This document shows positions 27,080 through 40,615 of a stretch of DNA of 64,000 nt, piece by piece (the stretch's first letter is position 1; the number at the start of each line of letters is the position of its first letter). Made by a program: the position numbers and the translations under genes. The notes under the pieces are model-generated. The model saw only the letters and a program-made list of their open reading frames with translations. It was not told the origin of the DNA and did not search any database. Source of the DNA: Octopus sinensis (lineage: Eukaryota); assembly GCF_006345805.1 (NCBI RefSeq), contig NC_042998.1, positions 10,292,001 through 10,356,000 on the forward strand. The letters are read 5' to 3'.

Positions 27080-28564
27080 ATATATATGCACACACACGCA
27101 TTTCATGTTACGCTAATTCCTTCATACTTTGAAATGTCTTAACTGAGGAGGGATGAATTTCCTGTCATATATTACGCAAATTTGACACACATATATTAAA
27201 TGATTTCAAAATACCACTATTTCGTTTGACGTCATTATTACAAACTTGTGTGTATGTATACACACACACGCACACACAGACATATATATTATAGGCAGGC
27301 ACACATATGGATGTAAACCTATGTTGATATTCAAAAAAGACACTTTATATTTGTATATATATCTCCCCTGTAAAGTAGAGCCATAAATATTTAATTACTC
27401 AATCAGTCATCATAAGAATTCTACTTCAACAGGACAGTTTTTACAGAAGAGCTTTTGGTGTAAAGTCAATAGTTTATCAGAAGGTGTTACTGATATATAA
27501 AAACTGAAAATGCTAGAAGCATAATATGAAAACAAAATTCGGTCTCGATCAGTAGGAATTTATTACCTCTTATGCATACAACACACCCATTTTAATATCT
27601 TACACTGCCACATTCACCATTCAGGCCAAACGTATCCAGTAATGTTATCCATTCTGATTAGTCCAGGCATTGTTCATACAACTACTTTTATACGTAATAT
27701 ACGTTTGCAAAAAGTTGCATAGGAGTAATGGTTCTTAGAGGTGATTGATGATATAACAAAAGCCACCTATTACATAATGGAAGGTGAATTAGCAGGCGAG
27801 TGGAAAGAACTTCGCATCCACAGGATTCTTCTATTAAAGTATCTAAGTCTGATTACTTATTTGAGTGTGAAAGAGAGAACAAGATAGCGAGGGAAAGGAG
27901 AAATGAGAGACAGCCAGAGGGAAGGATATACAGATCCTGTATTACGCCAATTAGTACTTTAGTGTGAGGCATTAGTACTAAAATAAAACATGAATTTCTG
28001 AAACCATTCCCAGAATTCCAGTCTACGTCACTGTATTCATTAAGTCTATTTGCTGGCTCCATTTAACACTGACAAGAATGCACAATGACATTGAACTGTT
28101 ATGTCTAAATGACATTGAAATGTAGCCTTAAACTCCCACTCACGATTACTCATAACTGGACTGACCAGTTTCCTTGGTTTGTTTCGGCCAGTTAGTAAAA
28201 ATAATAATTATATAACTTGCTTTACAACATTATTGTGTAGTGGTCCTTGATGAAGCATTTACACGCTGTTTACTGCTAGCTGTTCATTTCAATTTTCATT
28301 TTTAATCTGCTTACTAAGTAGGATGGGTACACAACTGTAAACTGTAAGACATTTACTTTAACCCTTTTGATACCAAACCACCTGAGACTACAGGTTCTGT
28401 GATATAAAAACTTTTTGTTTGTAATTGATCTAAACTGAAATTGTCTACCAAAATTTCATGTTAATTCATGTTCCAAACCCCAGCATAATAATGACTAAGT
28501 TATTTTACTAAATTCTTCATTTTTAAAATGAACTGAACAAAGGCAGTGTATTTCAGTAGAAATC

Positions 28565-29090
28565 CTCATCATCATCGTTTAACGTCCGTTTTCCGCGCTA
28601 GCACAGGTTGGACGGTTTGACCGGGGTCTGGGAAGCCAGGGGCTGCACCAGGCTCCAGTCTGATCTGGCAGAGTTTCTACAGCTGGATGCCCTTCCTAAC
28701 GCCAACCACTCCGCGAGTGTAGTGGGTGCTTTTTACGTGCCACCTGCACAGGTGCCAGGGGAGTCTGGCAGTGGCCACGATCAGTTGGTGCTTTTAACGT
28801 GCCACCGGCACGGAAGCCAGCCGAGGCAGCGCTAGCATTGGCCACGTTCGGATGGTGCTTTTTATGTGCCAGCGGCTCTGGAGCCAGTCGAGGCAGCGCT
28901 GGCATCGGCCACGTTCGGATGGTGCTTTTTATGTGCCACCGGCACAGAAGCCAGTCGAGGCGGCGCTGGCAACGGCCATGTTCGGATAGTGCTTTTTATG
29001 TGCCACCGGCACAGGTATCACAACTACTATTTCCATTGATATTTATTTCGATGTTCATGTACTTGACTCAACAGTTCTCCTCAAGCACAG
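28565..29090 (-). mobile_element. RTE 3' UTR copy with 67-bp units
   Basis: GTGCC unit anchors at 28799, 28866, 28933 and 29000. Confidence 0.85.
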
Positions 29091-30514
29091 CGGGATGTTC
29101 TGGAATCCAGGTGACAAAACAGTTACATGTGTTTCTATGTGAAGTGACAGTTTGATAGGCATTGAAGCAGTACCATTCAATATATTTTTCTGGCAGGCAC
29201 AATACCCAAATTTCCCAACTTTAATTCCAAATAATATCAGATTCTTTAATTTATGAGATAAAGGAATTGGTTGATCGTAATCAAAATTGCATCAAAGCAC
29301 CAAAATTGAAAGCAATCTGAGCAAAATTAAAGGGGGCTCATTTTGCGATTGAAAAAGACTAGATCCCCAGAATCTACAGATGTACAGAAACAAACTTTTA
29401 AACTGCATCTTTGAGTATGTTTTATGGGTTTCACTTGAGAAGAGAAATAGTATATCAGGAACACTGTATATGAGGGTTGCACCTTGATCAATTATATCAG
29501 ACTAATTTCGTGTTCAATCAGAGCTGGCCGAGGGGCTAGTGAGCAATAGTAACAGATGTTTTATCAGTTATGTATTTCCAAAAGTCATCAGGACCAGAGA
29601 AATGTAAAACTAGATTAAAAAAAAAAGACATCATAATTGTCATGGGAAAGGCTGGGAGCAATTACCTTTCAGATGATGCTTATGTATATTTAAAAAAATT
29701 TTCTAGTCTTTTAACACCCATTAAGTAAATAAATGAGTTGTTAGAATTATGAGGAAAAAAAAGTAAAAAAAAGCGACCGGTTTTCTAGTAAATATATCTT
29801 ACTAAACCACATTTTTAGATTATAGTCATTTAAATTAATATACCTGGTACTTATACTCTAGAGAGTTGAAGGACAAATTTGGTCTTTGACGAATTTTTTT
29901 AATACATCAAATAGCTATGGAAGTTCAGTAGAATAAAATAGGTATCAAGGGGGGTCCACAGGCAAAAAATGGTTGGAAACCATGGGTTTAGAGAAACCCT
30001 CTCTACCCTAATGCAATGGAGACAACAAAGATGATAGAAAGTCAGACCACATGTCTAAGCATTTTTTTTAATGTACTTTATACTTCTGAATAAGAGTCTG
30101 ACAAGAGCAAGTTTTGTCTTTCATTATTCATGAAAGATGAATATTAAAGATCAGTAATTCAATCAATTTGGTTTTGTATTGAGTGAAAGCCACTCAGAAC
30201 AATGAATGGCAGCATACAAGATATGACGGAGAATTCAGTTTAGCTTATTGCTTACATCTGTTACTTTCTGTAATAACTGAATACCAAGACAGAGAAATTT
30301 TAGTTTGGGAAATAAAGAGTGTTTCACAATGAAATCTTTTATTTTTTTTGCAAGAGAGATGTAGATAAAGTAATAGTGTTGTGTTTCAGAAAGAGAAATT
30401 GGAGAATAAATATGTCTGTGAGTATGTGCATGCATGTATGTACGTGTATGTGAGACTGCATGTGAGTGTGTGTGTGATCATTTTAAAACATGAAGTTTTT
30501 AGTTAATTCTTTGG

Positions 30515-30812
30515 CTCAAAAAGCAAAAAGCAAGGCCATGTAGGGGGACATGGAGTTATGTACAGGGTGGTGTTCAGGCCATTTCTGGTCAAAGGAGACT
30601 TTGAACCAAGCGGTCGTCGGCATCTTCACCATCTCGTCCGGCAGCTTATTCCACGGATCCGCAACCCGGACGGAGAAAGCCCCTCTCCTTCGATTGAGAT
30701 GAAATCGTCGCAGATAGAGCTTTTCGGAATGACCCCGCAGCCGACGCTCTGGAGCGGGAGTGAAGAACAGCTCTTTCAAGAGGTTACACAGTTCAGGAGA
30801 TATCAGAAGAGT
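30515..30812 (-). mobile_element. CR1-type LINE 3' end
   Basis: ORF reads RLRGHSEKLY...AFSVRVADPWNKLP, the CR1-clade C-terminal RTRGH...FS.RVV..WN.LP motif. Confidence 0.8.
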
Positions 30813-31974
30813 TAACATTTTTTCAAATTATTCTGTAAAACAAAATACTGTGTTGTGAATTATTAATTCTGTATGAATGGACGTTACTGTAATTTTTTGA
30901 CCCCAACAGGACATTTCCTCTAGCTGGTTAACGATCCAACCTGCATCTGATATAATGCAATATATTGGATGCAGGTTGCATCGTTCACCTGCTAGAGGAA
31001 ATATCCTTTTAGGGTTAAAAAATCACAGTAATGTTCGTTTGTATGGAACAGCCATGTTGAAGAAGTGACCACAAACATTACTATTGATAATTAACTTTAA
31101 GAAAAAGCATTTGCACTGGTACCACATAAGGTGCACCCATGCCAGCACCACATAAAAAGCATCCAGTACACTTTGTAAAATGTTTGGCATTAGAAGGAGC
31201 ATCCAGCTGTAGGAACAATGCCAAAACAAAAGACTGGGACCTGGTGTAGCCCTCTAGCTAGCTCCTGTCAAACCATCCAACCCATGCCAACATGGAAAAT
31301 GAGTATTGAATAATGATAACGATGAAGTGAATGATTTCCAATTCCTATAAAAATGACAATTTAACGTACAGAATTCAGTATATAATTCAATACATGGCTA
31401 ATATTTTGATATTAGGTACAATATTCACTTGACCTTCAAACACACTATAATATAAATGTGTGAAAATTGTTTAACCATATACCAGGTGTCATCATCATGA
31501 TCATTCTAGAGTCCACTTTGTCATGCTTGCATGGGTCAGGCCAACAGCCAGATACCATCACCAACATTCATATATTTCTAGGTAACGAAATGTATTACAT
31601 AGTTTTTTAATCATGAACTGCTTATATGAAGTGCTTATATGATGGCAATGTTTGTTTACAATTAGTGCACAATTTTGAAACAAGGGGACATGTACAGACA
31701 CACACACACAATTACAGGTTTCTTTCAGTTTCCATCTACCAAATTCACTGGCAAGGCTTAGGTCAGCTGGGGGTCATGGTAGATGACACTTGCTCAAGGT
31801 GCTGCAAAGTGGGACTAAATCCAAAAACCACAGGTTTGAAAGCAAACTTGTTAACTATATTGTCATGCCTGTGTCTAGAGTGTTTTCTGTCTTACATCCA
31901 CTGCATACTGGTTGCATCAGGATGTGGAGTGCACATATGTATGTTACATCATTTGCTATTAAACATGGGCTAAT

Positions 31975-32250
31975 CATCATCATCATCATTTAGCGTCTGC
32001 TTTCCATGCTAGCATGGGTTGGACGGTTCAACTGGGGTCTGTGAAGCCAGAAGGTTGCATCAGGCCCAGTCTGATCTGGCAATGTTTCTACGGCTGGATG
32101 CCCTTCCTAACGCCAACCACTCCGTGAGTGTAGTGGGTGCTTTTTACGTGCCACCCGCACAGGTGCCAGACGGAGCTGGCAAACGGCCACGGACGAATGG
32201 TGCATTTTACATGCCACCGGCACGGGAGCCAGGTGAGGCTGGCAACGGCC
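31975..32250 (-). mobile_element. RTE 3' UTR copy
   Basis: (CAT)n plus conserved terminus. Confidence 0.8.
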
Positions 32251-32479
32251 TGATATTGAGATATATTTCATGTCAGTGTACAAGTTGAGTCAGCTTCCCC
32301 CAGTGAATCTATGAGATTGCAAACAGAAACCAACCATATTTAGCAATCAGATGTCCTACGTAGATCATCAACCAATGATGATTTCTGCCCCAGACATTAT
32401 ATAAACAAGGCATAGGGCATAGATCCAATATCTGACTTGATCATACAAATTCATATTTGCAGCTGCCTACCTTGTCAAT

Positions 32480-33200
32480 TATGTAATCTCAGTACGGACT
32501 GCAGTGAAATTCACGGCTGAGCTTGCTCCAAGCACAATGGAGTGTGTATCAAGCCCTCAAAGAGGCCTTTGAGCAAGAGAAAACCAAACTATGAGATAAG
32601 TCCCAAGTGCAAACAAAGAGGATACAGCAAAGGCAGAAAAGTTTTTGTCATACTTATTGGGCATGCATTGCAGCTATACAACAAGCAATTGGATATACAT
32701 GAATGTTTGTAGTTACATGGTTCTCTGATCTAGACCAAAAGCCAGTTTTGAAAATGACAATGTACTTGGTTGATACAGACAACTATTTCATCTTTGCCCT
32801 TGCTGTAGCTGTGAAGGAAGCATTATATAAAAGTACAAGCGATCAACGTCTTCCAAAATCTTACTGCTGAACATGGCAGAAACTCTTTCAGAGGGTAACA
32901 TGCCAGCAGATATAGTTTTGCCTTGGTTGTGTTGGTTTCCATGCTAATGTGATGAATACACATTGAGGCCTCCAACAACTGATTGGACATAAGTGTATTT
33001 GTGACAAATTAGTTCAAAATAATGCACCACTGTTAGTAGCTTCCATTTTGTTCCAGCACCATTCTCCAAGTAAAAATTTGACCTATGCAGTGGCATCTAT
33101 AACAAAAACCACATCAAGTATTTCATCACGTTCATGATGAAATCTGTGTTGGGGAATAATAACGAATATCTTAGCCACAAGTTCAATCAAACTGAAGCCC
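32480..33200 (+). pseudogene. Possible decayed Gypsy-type integrase fragment
   Basis: YLVDTDNYFIFALAVAVKE followed, across frameshifts, by PKIL(T)EHGRN(F)LSE, resembling integrase 'YILV.TDYFTK' and 'P..LLSDRGRNFLS'. Downstream spacing does not fit well. Confidence 0.3.
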
Positions 33201-33837
33201 TGGTACTTACAGCAAAAATGCCTATTACTGTTTTTGAAGAAAATTATTATGTATTTAAGTTTAGAACGAGATTCTTTTAAGTGATTAACATTTTGCTACA
33301 GTCACCTTGTCTTACCCACTCATCCAGCCGAAGCCTCTACATTACCTCACCTAATCTCACCCCCCTCCGCAATGTCTCTCAAGGGCATGTCCCAACACAT
33401 CTCTACCATTATCACTCTCACTGCCACTCTTTATCTTACTCTCCAGCTCAATCTTTGCTTTCCATGTAACTACTCAACAGCAAGACATCTATATCTGTCC
33501 CTTCTATACCTTAAATCTTTATATCTGTCCCTTCTGTACCTTAAATCTTTCAACTGGCAAAAAGCCATATTCACTCAATACAACTCCCCACTCCCATTTG
33601 AGGGGCTTTTGTCCTGCAAGGTACTTGGTGACCATATCAATGCTAGTGCCATGTAAAAAGCACCCAGTACACTCTGTAAAATGGTTGGCATTGGGAAAGG
33701 CATCGAGCTGTAGAAACCATGCCAAAGCAAACAATGTAACTTGGTGCAGCTCCTGGTCTTGCCAGCTCCCCTCCAACCCATGCCTGCACGGAAAACAGAT
33801 GTTAAATGATGTCAATGATGATGATGATGAGTTTCTT

Positions 33838-35410
33838 CCGATAATTTTGCAGTGAAATTTCTGAGGACAAAATTAAAAATGAATTAAATGGATCCAAAAT
33901 TAAAAGAGGATTATTTAAATGCATTGTTAATCCAATCAAATATTTTCCTCCTTTACTATATGAGTCTTTTCTAAAAACATTCTCTCAGCAGGTGGGAGTA
34001 TTCTATCGATTCTATCTTCTATATAAATTTTCTATATAAAAACTTAAGCCTTCTGCAGAGATCGAGATTGCATTTGTTTGACCTAATTTTTTAATTCCAT
34101 TATGAATTAGCTCCAACATTGATATAACAGCAGGGACAGCGTTAAATTCAATGTCTGAAAAACTGAGAAGTTGCTCGTTCTCTCATAAATTTTACAATAC
34201 AGTTTCTAAAGAGTAAAAATCATTTAGACATTTCCTTAAACTATTCAATCTGTCTTAGTATGACTGATTAACTGCACTTCATTACCATGCTCCTCTTTGA
34301 CATCATCATCATCATCATCATTTAGCGTCCGCTTTCCATGCTAGCATGGGTTGGACGGTTCAACTGGGGTCTGGGAAGCCAGAAGGCTGCACCAGGCCCA
34401 ATCTTGATCTGGCAGTGTTTCTACAGCTGGATGCCCTTCCTAACGCCAACCACTCCGTGAGTGTAGTGGGTGCTTTTTACGTGCCACCCGCACAGGTGCC
34501 AGACAGAGCTGGCAAACAGCCACGGACGGATGGTGCTTTTTATGTGCCACCGGCATGGGGCCAGGCGAGGCTGGCAACGGCCACGAACGGATGGTGCTTT
34601 TTACGTGCCACCGGCAGGAGGCCAGTCGGGGCGGCGCTGGCAATGGCCACGAACGGATGGTGGTGCCAGACGAGTCTGGCAAATCTTTCGTTTTTTTGTT
34701 GGAGTCCTACAAAATCAATTGACGACTGTTCTCACATTTTTAATGACATGAAAGGTCTTCTGCAATAGGAACTACTTCACTAAGTTCAATTTATTGCTGA
34801 TTGACAAAACAACCAGATTCATAAATGCAAAATCTGTTTTGATCCTCATCCTTAAATGTACCTTTAAACATCATTGTTGCAAGGATCATTAGTTAAATTA
34901 GCTTTATCGCAATTTGGTTGAGTATATTTTTGCAAAGAACATTCCAGACACCCAAATGTGGTTTATGTTTGCAGTTAATATCTCTACCAATTTTAACCAC
35001 AGTACTTGCTTTATTAATTATATTTTTTACCAAATCAAAGTTGGATTCAGAAAGTTTTGCTCAAAGAGTTTCAATATTTAAGAAATTTTTTCAGCCGGCA
35101 AACATCCATAAAATTTGATCGTTCCTGAATTCCAGAACATGCCAGACACATGTACAGTTACATGCAACTGTCTGTGATTGCACAAAGATCTATGTTCATA
35201 TAAAGAAATACTGACTTATTCAAAATTCCTCTCTCCTTAAATTATTTCACTAATCACAAAACGTTTCCAATTCATAATGTCGTTGAAACATCTGCATTAA
35301 ATGAGAACCTTTCTTTGGCAGAAACCAAGTCCTTATCCATAATAGCTTTCCTATTAACTATTACATTCAAAGAAAATCTATCAACAGCAACTAGTTTGGA
35401 TATAATTTTT
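33838..35410 (-). mobile_element. Decayed hAT-superfamily transposase, split by an RTE tail at 34303-34673
   Basis: Minus frames give ERFSFNADVSTT, NKASTVVKIGRDINCKH, VIKNVRTVVN*FCRTPTKK and, after the insertion, VKEEHGNEVQLISHTKTD*NSLRKCLNDFYSL...FSDIEF. These match recalled hAT motifs (RFSLTFDEWTS, DGASVMKKVG, TRWNSL). Confidence 0.75.
34303..34673 (-). mobile_element. RTE 3' UTR copy inserted in the hAT relic
   Basis: Units of about 61-63 bp and a (CAT)n end. Confidence 0.85.
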
Positions 35411-35509
35411 CTCACAATATTATTTTCTGTAGATTGATACACTTCAAAGGAGATTCATCTATTTTCATTGTACTAGCTCTAACAATATGTCTATGCTAAT
35501 AATCTTTAA

Positions 35510-35860
35510 ATGACATAAAAGACTGCTTATTAGACCACCCAAGCATTTTAACATGGCCTTGCAATGAATAATTAAGTTTTAAATAATGCAGCTGGAAATT
35601 CCTAGGAAACAGAATTTAATCTCAAGAAAATCCAACTGCATTTCTAAAAAGTTTCCTTACAATTTGGACCTTGAGAATTCCAAGAAAATGTCTTTGTAAA
35701 CAATCTTTGTGGGACACACACAAAAGACTGCTTGCTGAATCACTCAAGCATTTTAAGACTGTCTAGCAACGTAAAGTTTTTAAATAAATTTTCTGGGAAT
35801 TCCTAAGAAACAGAATATAATCCTAGGAATTTCCAGTTGTATTTTTAGCTCTTCCTGTCA
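35510..35860. repeat. Diverged ~200-bp direct repeat with GGAATTCCTAGGAA-like motifs, probable hAT subterminal region
   Basis: AAAAGACTGCTT...CAAGCATTTTAA...AATTCCTA.GAAACAGAAT occurs at about 35515 and 35720, upstream of the hAT ORF. Confidence 0.55.
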
Positions 35861-36231
35861 CAAACCTTCACCTGTCTTTCAAGTAAAGTGTTTTAATTCG
35901 GTTATGTTTACACATTGAAAACAATGACTCACTGAAACTACAGGAATTTTGTTTACTGGAGAATGTAAACAAGATCACAGTTTCACTTTGGTTATATCAT
36001 TGATACCACATAGAAATAACACACACACACACCATTTTAACACTATATCTCAAAGTAAATTCACCCATAAATGATCCTTTTCTACTAGAGGCACAAAGCC
36101 TGAAATTGGTGGGAAGAGGCTTGCTCCCCCAATGCACAACTGGTACTTATTTCATTGGCCCTAAAAGGATGAAGGCAAAGTTGATCTTGGCAGAATTTGA
36201 ATTCAGAATGCAAAGACAGATGAAATGCTGC

Positions 36232-38330
36232 CTCCTTTATGGATTGGACATATTATTCCCTCCTTCAGCTTGCTTGGCAGTCTGTCATTTGCAAGAAAGC
36301 TCTGGAAGAGAATCTGGAGGGGTTTTGCAAGGGCATGCTTACATGATTTGAGGAGGATTGCTAGGAAACCATCAGGACCAGCAGTTGAGTTTGTGTCCAC
36401 TTCATCTATGGCTAGCAGTATATCTTCTTCGCTAATGTCGATGTATTCGATTGTGACTTGCCTTGCTAGTTATAGGTGAGGCGGCAAAGAAATCCACTGG
36501 TTCGTTCACTTGTCTGTGTTCCAAAAGGGTGGTAAAGACACATTTGAACTGGTAATTCAGTACCTCAGTGATCCTAGTTGGACTGTCTGTGAACGAGCCA
36601 TCCTTTTGGAAGAGGGGTCCGATCTTGCAGCATACTAAGGCTGTTTCTTTCGCGTAATGAAAGAAGGCCTTTGCATTTGAATTAATGTTTTTTATAACCC
36701 AGGCTTCTTTGTCTGCTTTCTCCCTCACATAGGATTATTGCAGCCTTTTTACAATCTCCATCAGTGTTGTTTTTAGGCAGGACATTTCACTACTTTTGAG
36801 ATGTTGGTTGAGTCGATTTGCAACCTTCATCCATTATCTCTCCCTTGGAATCTTGTTCTTATTTGTTTTGGCCTTGTGCTCTGGGACATATTTCTGGCAT
36901 ATGGCTTGCACAACAGACATGAAACATTCTAGTTTCATGTCAATGTCTGGTGTGGAGAGACATTTTGGCCAGTCCTCTCTGAGGATCTCTTTTTGGATCG
37001 ATTTCCAGTCTGCTTTGTGGAAGTTCAGATTGGAGAGATTTCGGGTACTTCCTTTAGGCTGTATGTCTCTGGTTTTACTTTCGGTCCAAACATACACAGC
37101 TCTATTATGTTGTGATCCGAGGCCTATGTCGGCATCACTTTCACATCATAAATGATGTCCATATTGTTTGTGAAGCAGAGATCCAGAATGTTATTCACCC
37201 TAGTTGGTCTGAGTACAGCTTGCTCCATGAATAGGGCATTGGTGAGGTTGAGCAGGGACTCCACCTGTGCTTGCTTGCAATGAGTCATTCCTGAGAGTAT
37301 GAGACCTTCGGGCCATTTGATGTTGGGGAAATTGAAATCACCCATAAGAAATATGGTCACGTGGTGTCACAGTTTCATGAGGATTTCTTTAATTCTTGTG
37401 AGGCAATCTTCAAACTTGCCTATGAGGTTTGGAGCATCCGGTGGGCAATATGTATTGCATATGACTATATTATGTTGTCTTATGTATACAATTAGAGTGT
37501 CACATACCGAAATTGAGTATGTCATTAAGACCTGGGGTGTGAGGTCATCTCAGATCTAAACAGCAACTCCACCATGGCTCCTTTCCCTTCTGTCTGTTCG
37601 CAGTATGGCATAGTTTGGTATGTGTACTTCTGCATCTTCTATATCAGGGCTGAGGAGAGTTTCCACGAGTGCTATGCATAGGGCTCGATTGCATGCAGTA
37701 AGATCTCTCAGGAAAGAAATTTTGCTTTTATTATGATGCAACAGTCCCCCAATATTTAGTAAAAATATTGGCGTGATGACTGTGCTGGCATTAGGGGAAG
37801 CCATCCCGTATCTGTTGACTGTGGTGATCTTGCGCAGTGGTGGGCAAGGTTCCTTGTTTGTGCTTGGTGTAGCCAGATCAGCTGCTGCACAATCTTTTGT
37901 GCCATGTACAAAAAAGACTCTTGCTCAGCTGCTGCGTTGCGCATAACCTCTGAAGAGCGCACTTCTTTTGTAAATCTTTTCCTTGGAGAAATTTGTTGTC
38001 TTTCCTCGGGGAAGATTTTCTCTTTAAGGCCCCTGGCGGGGTGTCGGATGGGCAAGCTGGTAGTTTTTGCCGTCTTCCCCATGCCAACATTTGCCTTGCA
38101 GGTAAAATTTGCGGGTTCTTGAGTGCCTTCCAAATTCCTTCTTTCCTGTAGGGTTTTGGATGGCATTGGATCCTCCATGGGGGTTTTCTGTTTTTTGTTT
38201 GGTGGGTTGAGGTTTCGGTTGTTTCAATTTTGTCTTTTCCTTTTTCTTCCTTTCCTTGTTTGTGTTCGTCCTTCCTTTTCTTGTGGTGGGTACTTTTTAC
38301 CTCTTGTTGTCCAATGGGGTGAGGGCTCTG
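36232..38330 (-). mobile_element. 5' half of a CR1-type LINE: ORF1 with CCCH-like fingers, ORF2 APE endonuclease to start of RT; frameshifted
   Basis: Track ORFs show LLNIGGL..., YAILRTDRRERSHGGVAV, MGDFNFPNIKW, PTRVNNILDLCFTN and AGPDGFLAILLK...PIHKGGS. Confidence 0.9.
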
Positions 38331-38340
38331 TTCCTTTGTG

Positions 38341-38374
<34 letters not shown>

Positions 38375-38444
38375 CATATATACATGTATGTGTGTGTATA
38401 TATATATATATATGTAAAATTATGTGTAAAATATGTATATAAAA

Positions 38445-38585
38445 TTTGCATAAGGTGGAAGTAGATGTCTTCAAAAAGGAATTAGACATCTCCCTCTCCA
38501 CAATACCAGATGAACGAACATAAAGTACAGACGAGGGTATCAGAATCAAACTCAATTATACATCAAATGTTCCAACGATCGGGAA
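38445..38585 (+). mobile_element. CR1-type extreme 3' fragment
   Basis: Reads NLHKVEVDVFKKELDISLSTIPDE, like the recalled CR1 terminal 'VDVFK..LD.FL..IPDEP'. Confidence 0.5.
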
Positions 38586-38652
38586 AAAGGCACGTGCAGG
38601 AGTGGTGATGCACAGCTGCATGGCTGAAATGAGTAAAAGAGTAATATGTATG

Positions 38653-38692
<40 letters not shown>

Positions 38693-38700
38693 CGTGCGTA

Positions 38701-38756
<56 letters not shown>

Positions 38757-38799
38757 CATATACATATATATATGTACATATATATGTATATATATATAT

Positions 38800-40575
38800 A
38801 TGTAGAGAAATACCTAGCCAAAGATAAACCTCTGTACCTGGCTTTTGTTGACACGGAGATAGCCTTTGACAGGGTCCCCCAATCCCTTATCTGGTGGTCA
38901 ATGAGGAAACTAGGGATAGATGAATGGTGAAAGCTGTACAAGCCATGTTCAGGGACGCTTTCAGTAAGGTGAGGGTTGGCGATGAGTACAGTGAAGAATT
39001 CCGGGTAAAGGTTCACCAAGGATCAGTCCTATTCCCCCTCTTATTCATCATAGTCCTCCAGGCAATAACAGAACAATTCAAGATAGGATGCCCCTGAGAG
39101 CTTCTCTATGCTGATGACCTTGCTCTAATGGCTGAGTCACTATCAGAACTAGAGGAGAAGTTTCAGGTGTGGAAGCAAGGATCAGAATTGAAGAGCCTTA
39201 AATTCAACCTAGCAAAAACCAAAGTCTTAATAAATAGGAAGGTAGACAAACCACAAATCCCTTCAGGTAGATGGCCCTGCTCGATCTGTAGAAAAGGCGT
39301 AGGTAGAAAGTCTATAAGATGTACCAGTAAATGCTATGGACACAGAAGAGGTGCAGCAATATCAAAGGAAGGCTAATTGGGAATATAGTTTTTGTGTGTG
39401 GCAAATGCTCAGGAGCAATAAACACTGAAAATGTGCAGTGAACAGCTTCTGTCACATTTCAGGGGCAAAAACTACAAGTAGATGATAGCTTCCATTACCT
39501 AGGTGACCAAGTTAGTAGCGGGAGTGGATACTCTGAAAGTGTAAGGATAGAGTAAGGATAGCCTGGGCAATGTTCAGAGAGCTCCTACCTCTGCTGATAA
39601 CAAAGGGCCTCTCACTCTGAGTAAAAGGTAGACTGTATGATGCACGTGCGTGAACAGCTATGCTACATGGCAGTGAAACATGGGCTGTGACTGTTGAGGA
39701 CATGCGTAAACTTGCAAGGAATGAAGCTAGTATGCTCTGCTGGATGTGTAATGTCAGTGTGCATACACGACAGAGTGTCAGCACCCTGAGAGAAAAGTTG
39801 GACTTAAGGAGTGTTAGATGTGGTGTGGAAGAGAGAGGACTGTGCTGATATGGTCATGTGTTACGAATGGATGAGGACAGCTGTGTGAAAAAGTGTCACA
39901 CCCTAGCAGTTGAGGGAACCTACGGAAGAGGTAGACCCAGGAAAACCTGAGATGAGGTGGTGAAGCATGAGCTTCGAACATTGGGCCTCACTGAGGCAAT
40001 GGCAAGTGACTGAGATCTTTGGAGATATGTTGTGCTTGAGAAGACCCAGGAAGCCAAGTTAGACCATAACTGTGGTCTATGCCAGTGCTGTAAAACCAGC
40101 CCATTTAAGAGTACCCTTCAATCATTGGGCAATAAACTATGCTTGTGAAGATCAGTTGAGGCAAGTGAAATCACTGTCGTGGCTGATGACAGAACTACCT
40201 GATCGGCACCCATGCCAGTGGAACGGTTAAAGCACCATTTGAGTGTGATCGTTACCAGGGCCACTGACTGGCTCCTGTGCCAGTGCACGTAAAAAAAGCA
40301 CCATTTGAGCATGGTCATTGCTAGTGCCGGACTGGCTCCTATGCAGGTGGGATGTAAAAAGCACCATTTGAGCGTGGCCGATACCAGTACTGCCTGACAG
40401 GCACATAAAAAACACCCACTACACATTCGGTGTTGTTGGTGTTTGGAAGGGCATCCAGCTGTAGAAACTTTGCCAGATCAGATTGGAGACTGGTGCAGCC
40501 CTCTGGCTCATCAGCCTTCAGTCAAACCGTCCAACCCATGCCAGCATGGAAAGCAGGCGTTAAACAATGACGATG
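38800..40575 (+). mobile_element. 5'-truncated RTE-clade LINE (RT to 3' UTR), with stops and frameshifts
   Basis: [46 protein letters not shown], and GRGRPRKT-type C-terminus, followed by the repeat-containing UTR and GAT tail. Confidence 0.92.
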
Positions 40576-40582
40576 ATACTTG

Positions 40583-40615
<33 letters not shown>

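Noticed and set aside
29150-29700. Long semi-open frames on both strands, with a faint integrase HHCC resemblance
   Set aside because: The similarity is too weak to support a call.
32300-33100. Minus-strand reading resembling a class C GPCR or vWA domain (LDVVFVIDAT, hydrophobic stretches)
   Set aside because: Many stops and no coherent motif order. The plus-strand integrase-like reading fits somewhat better.
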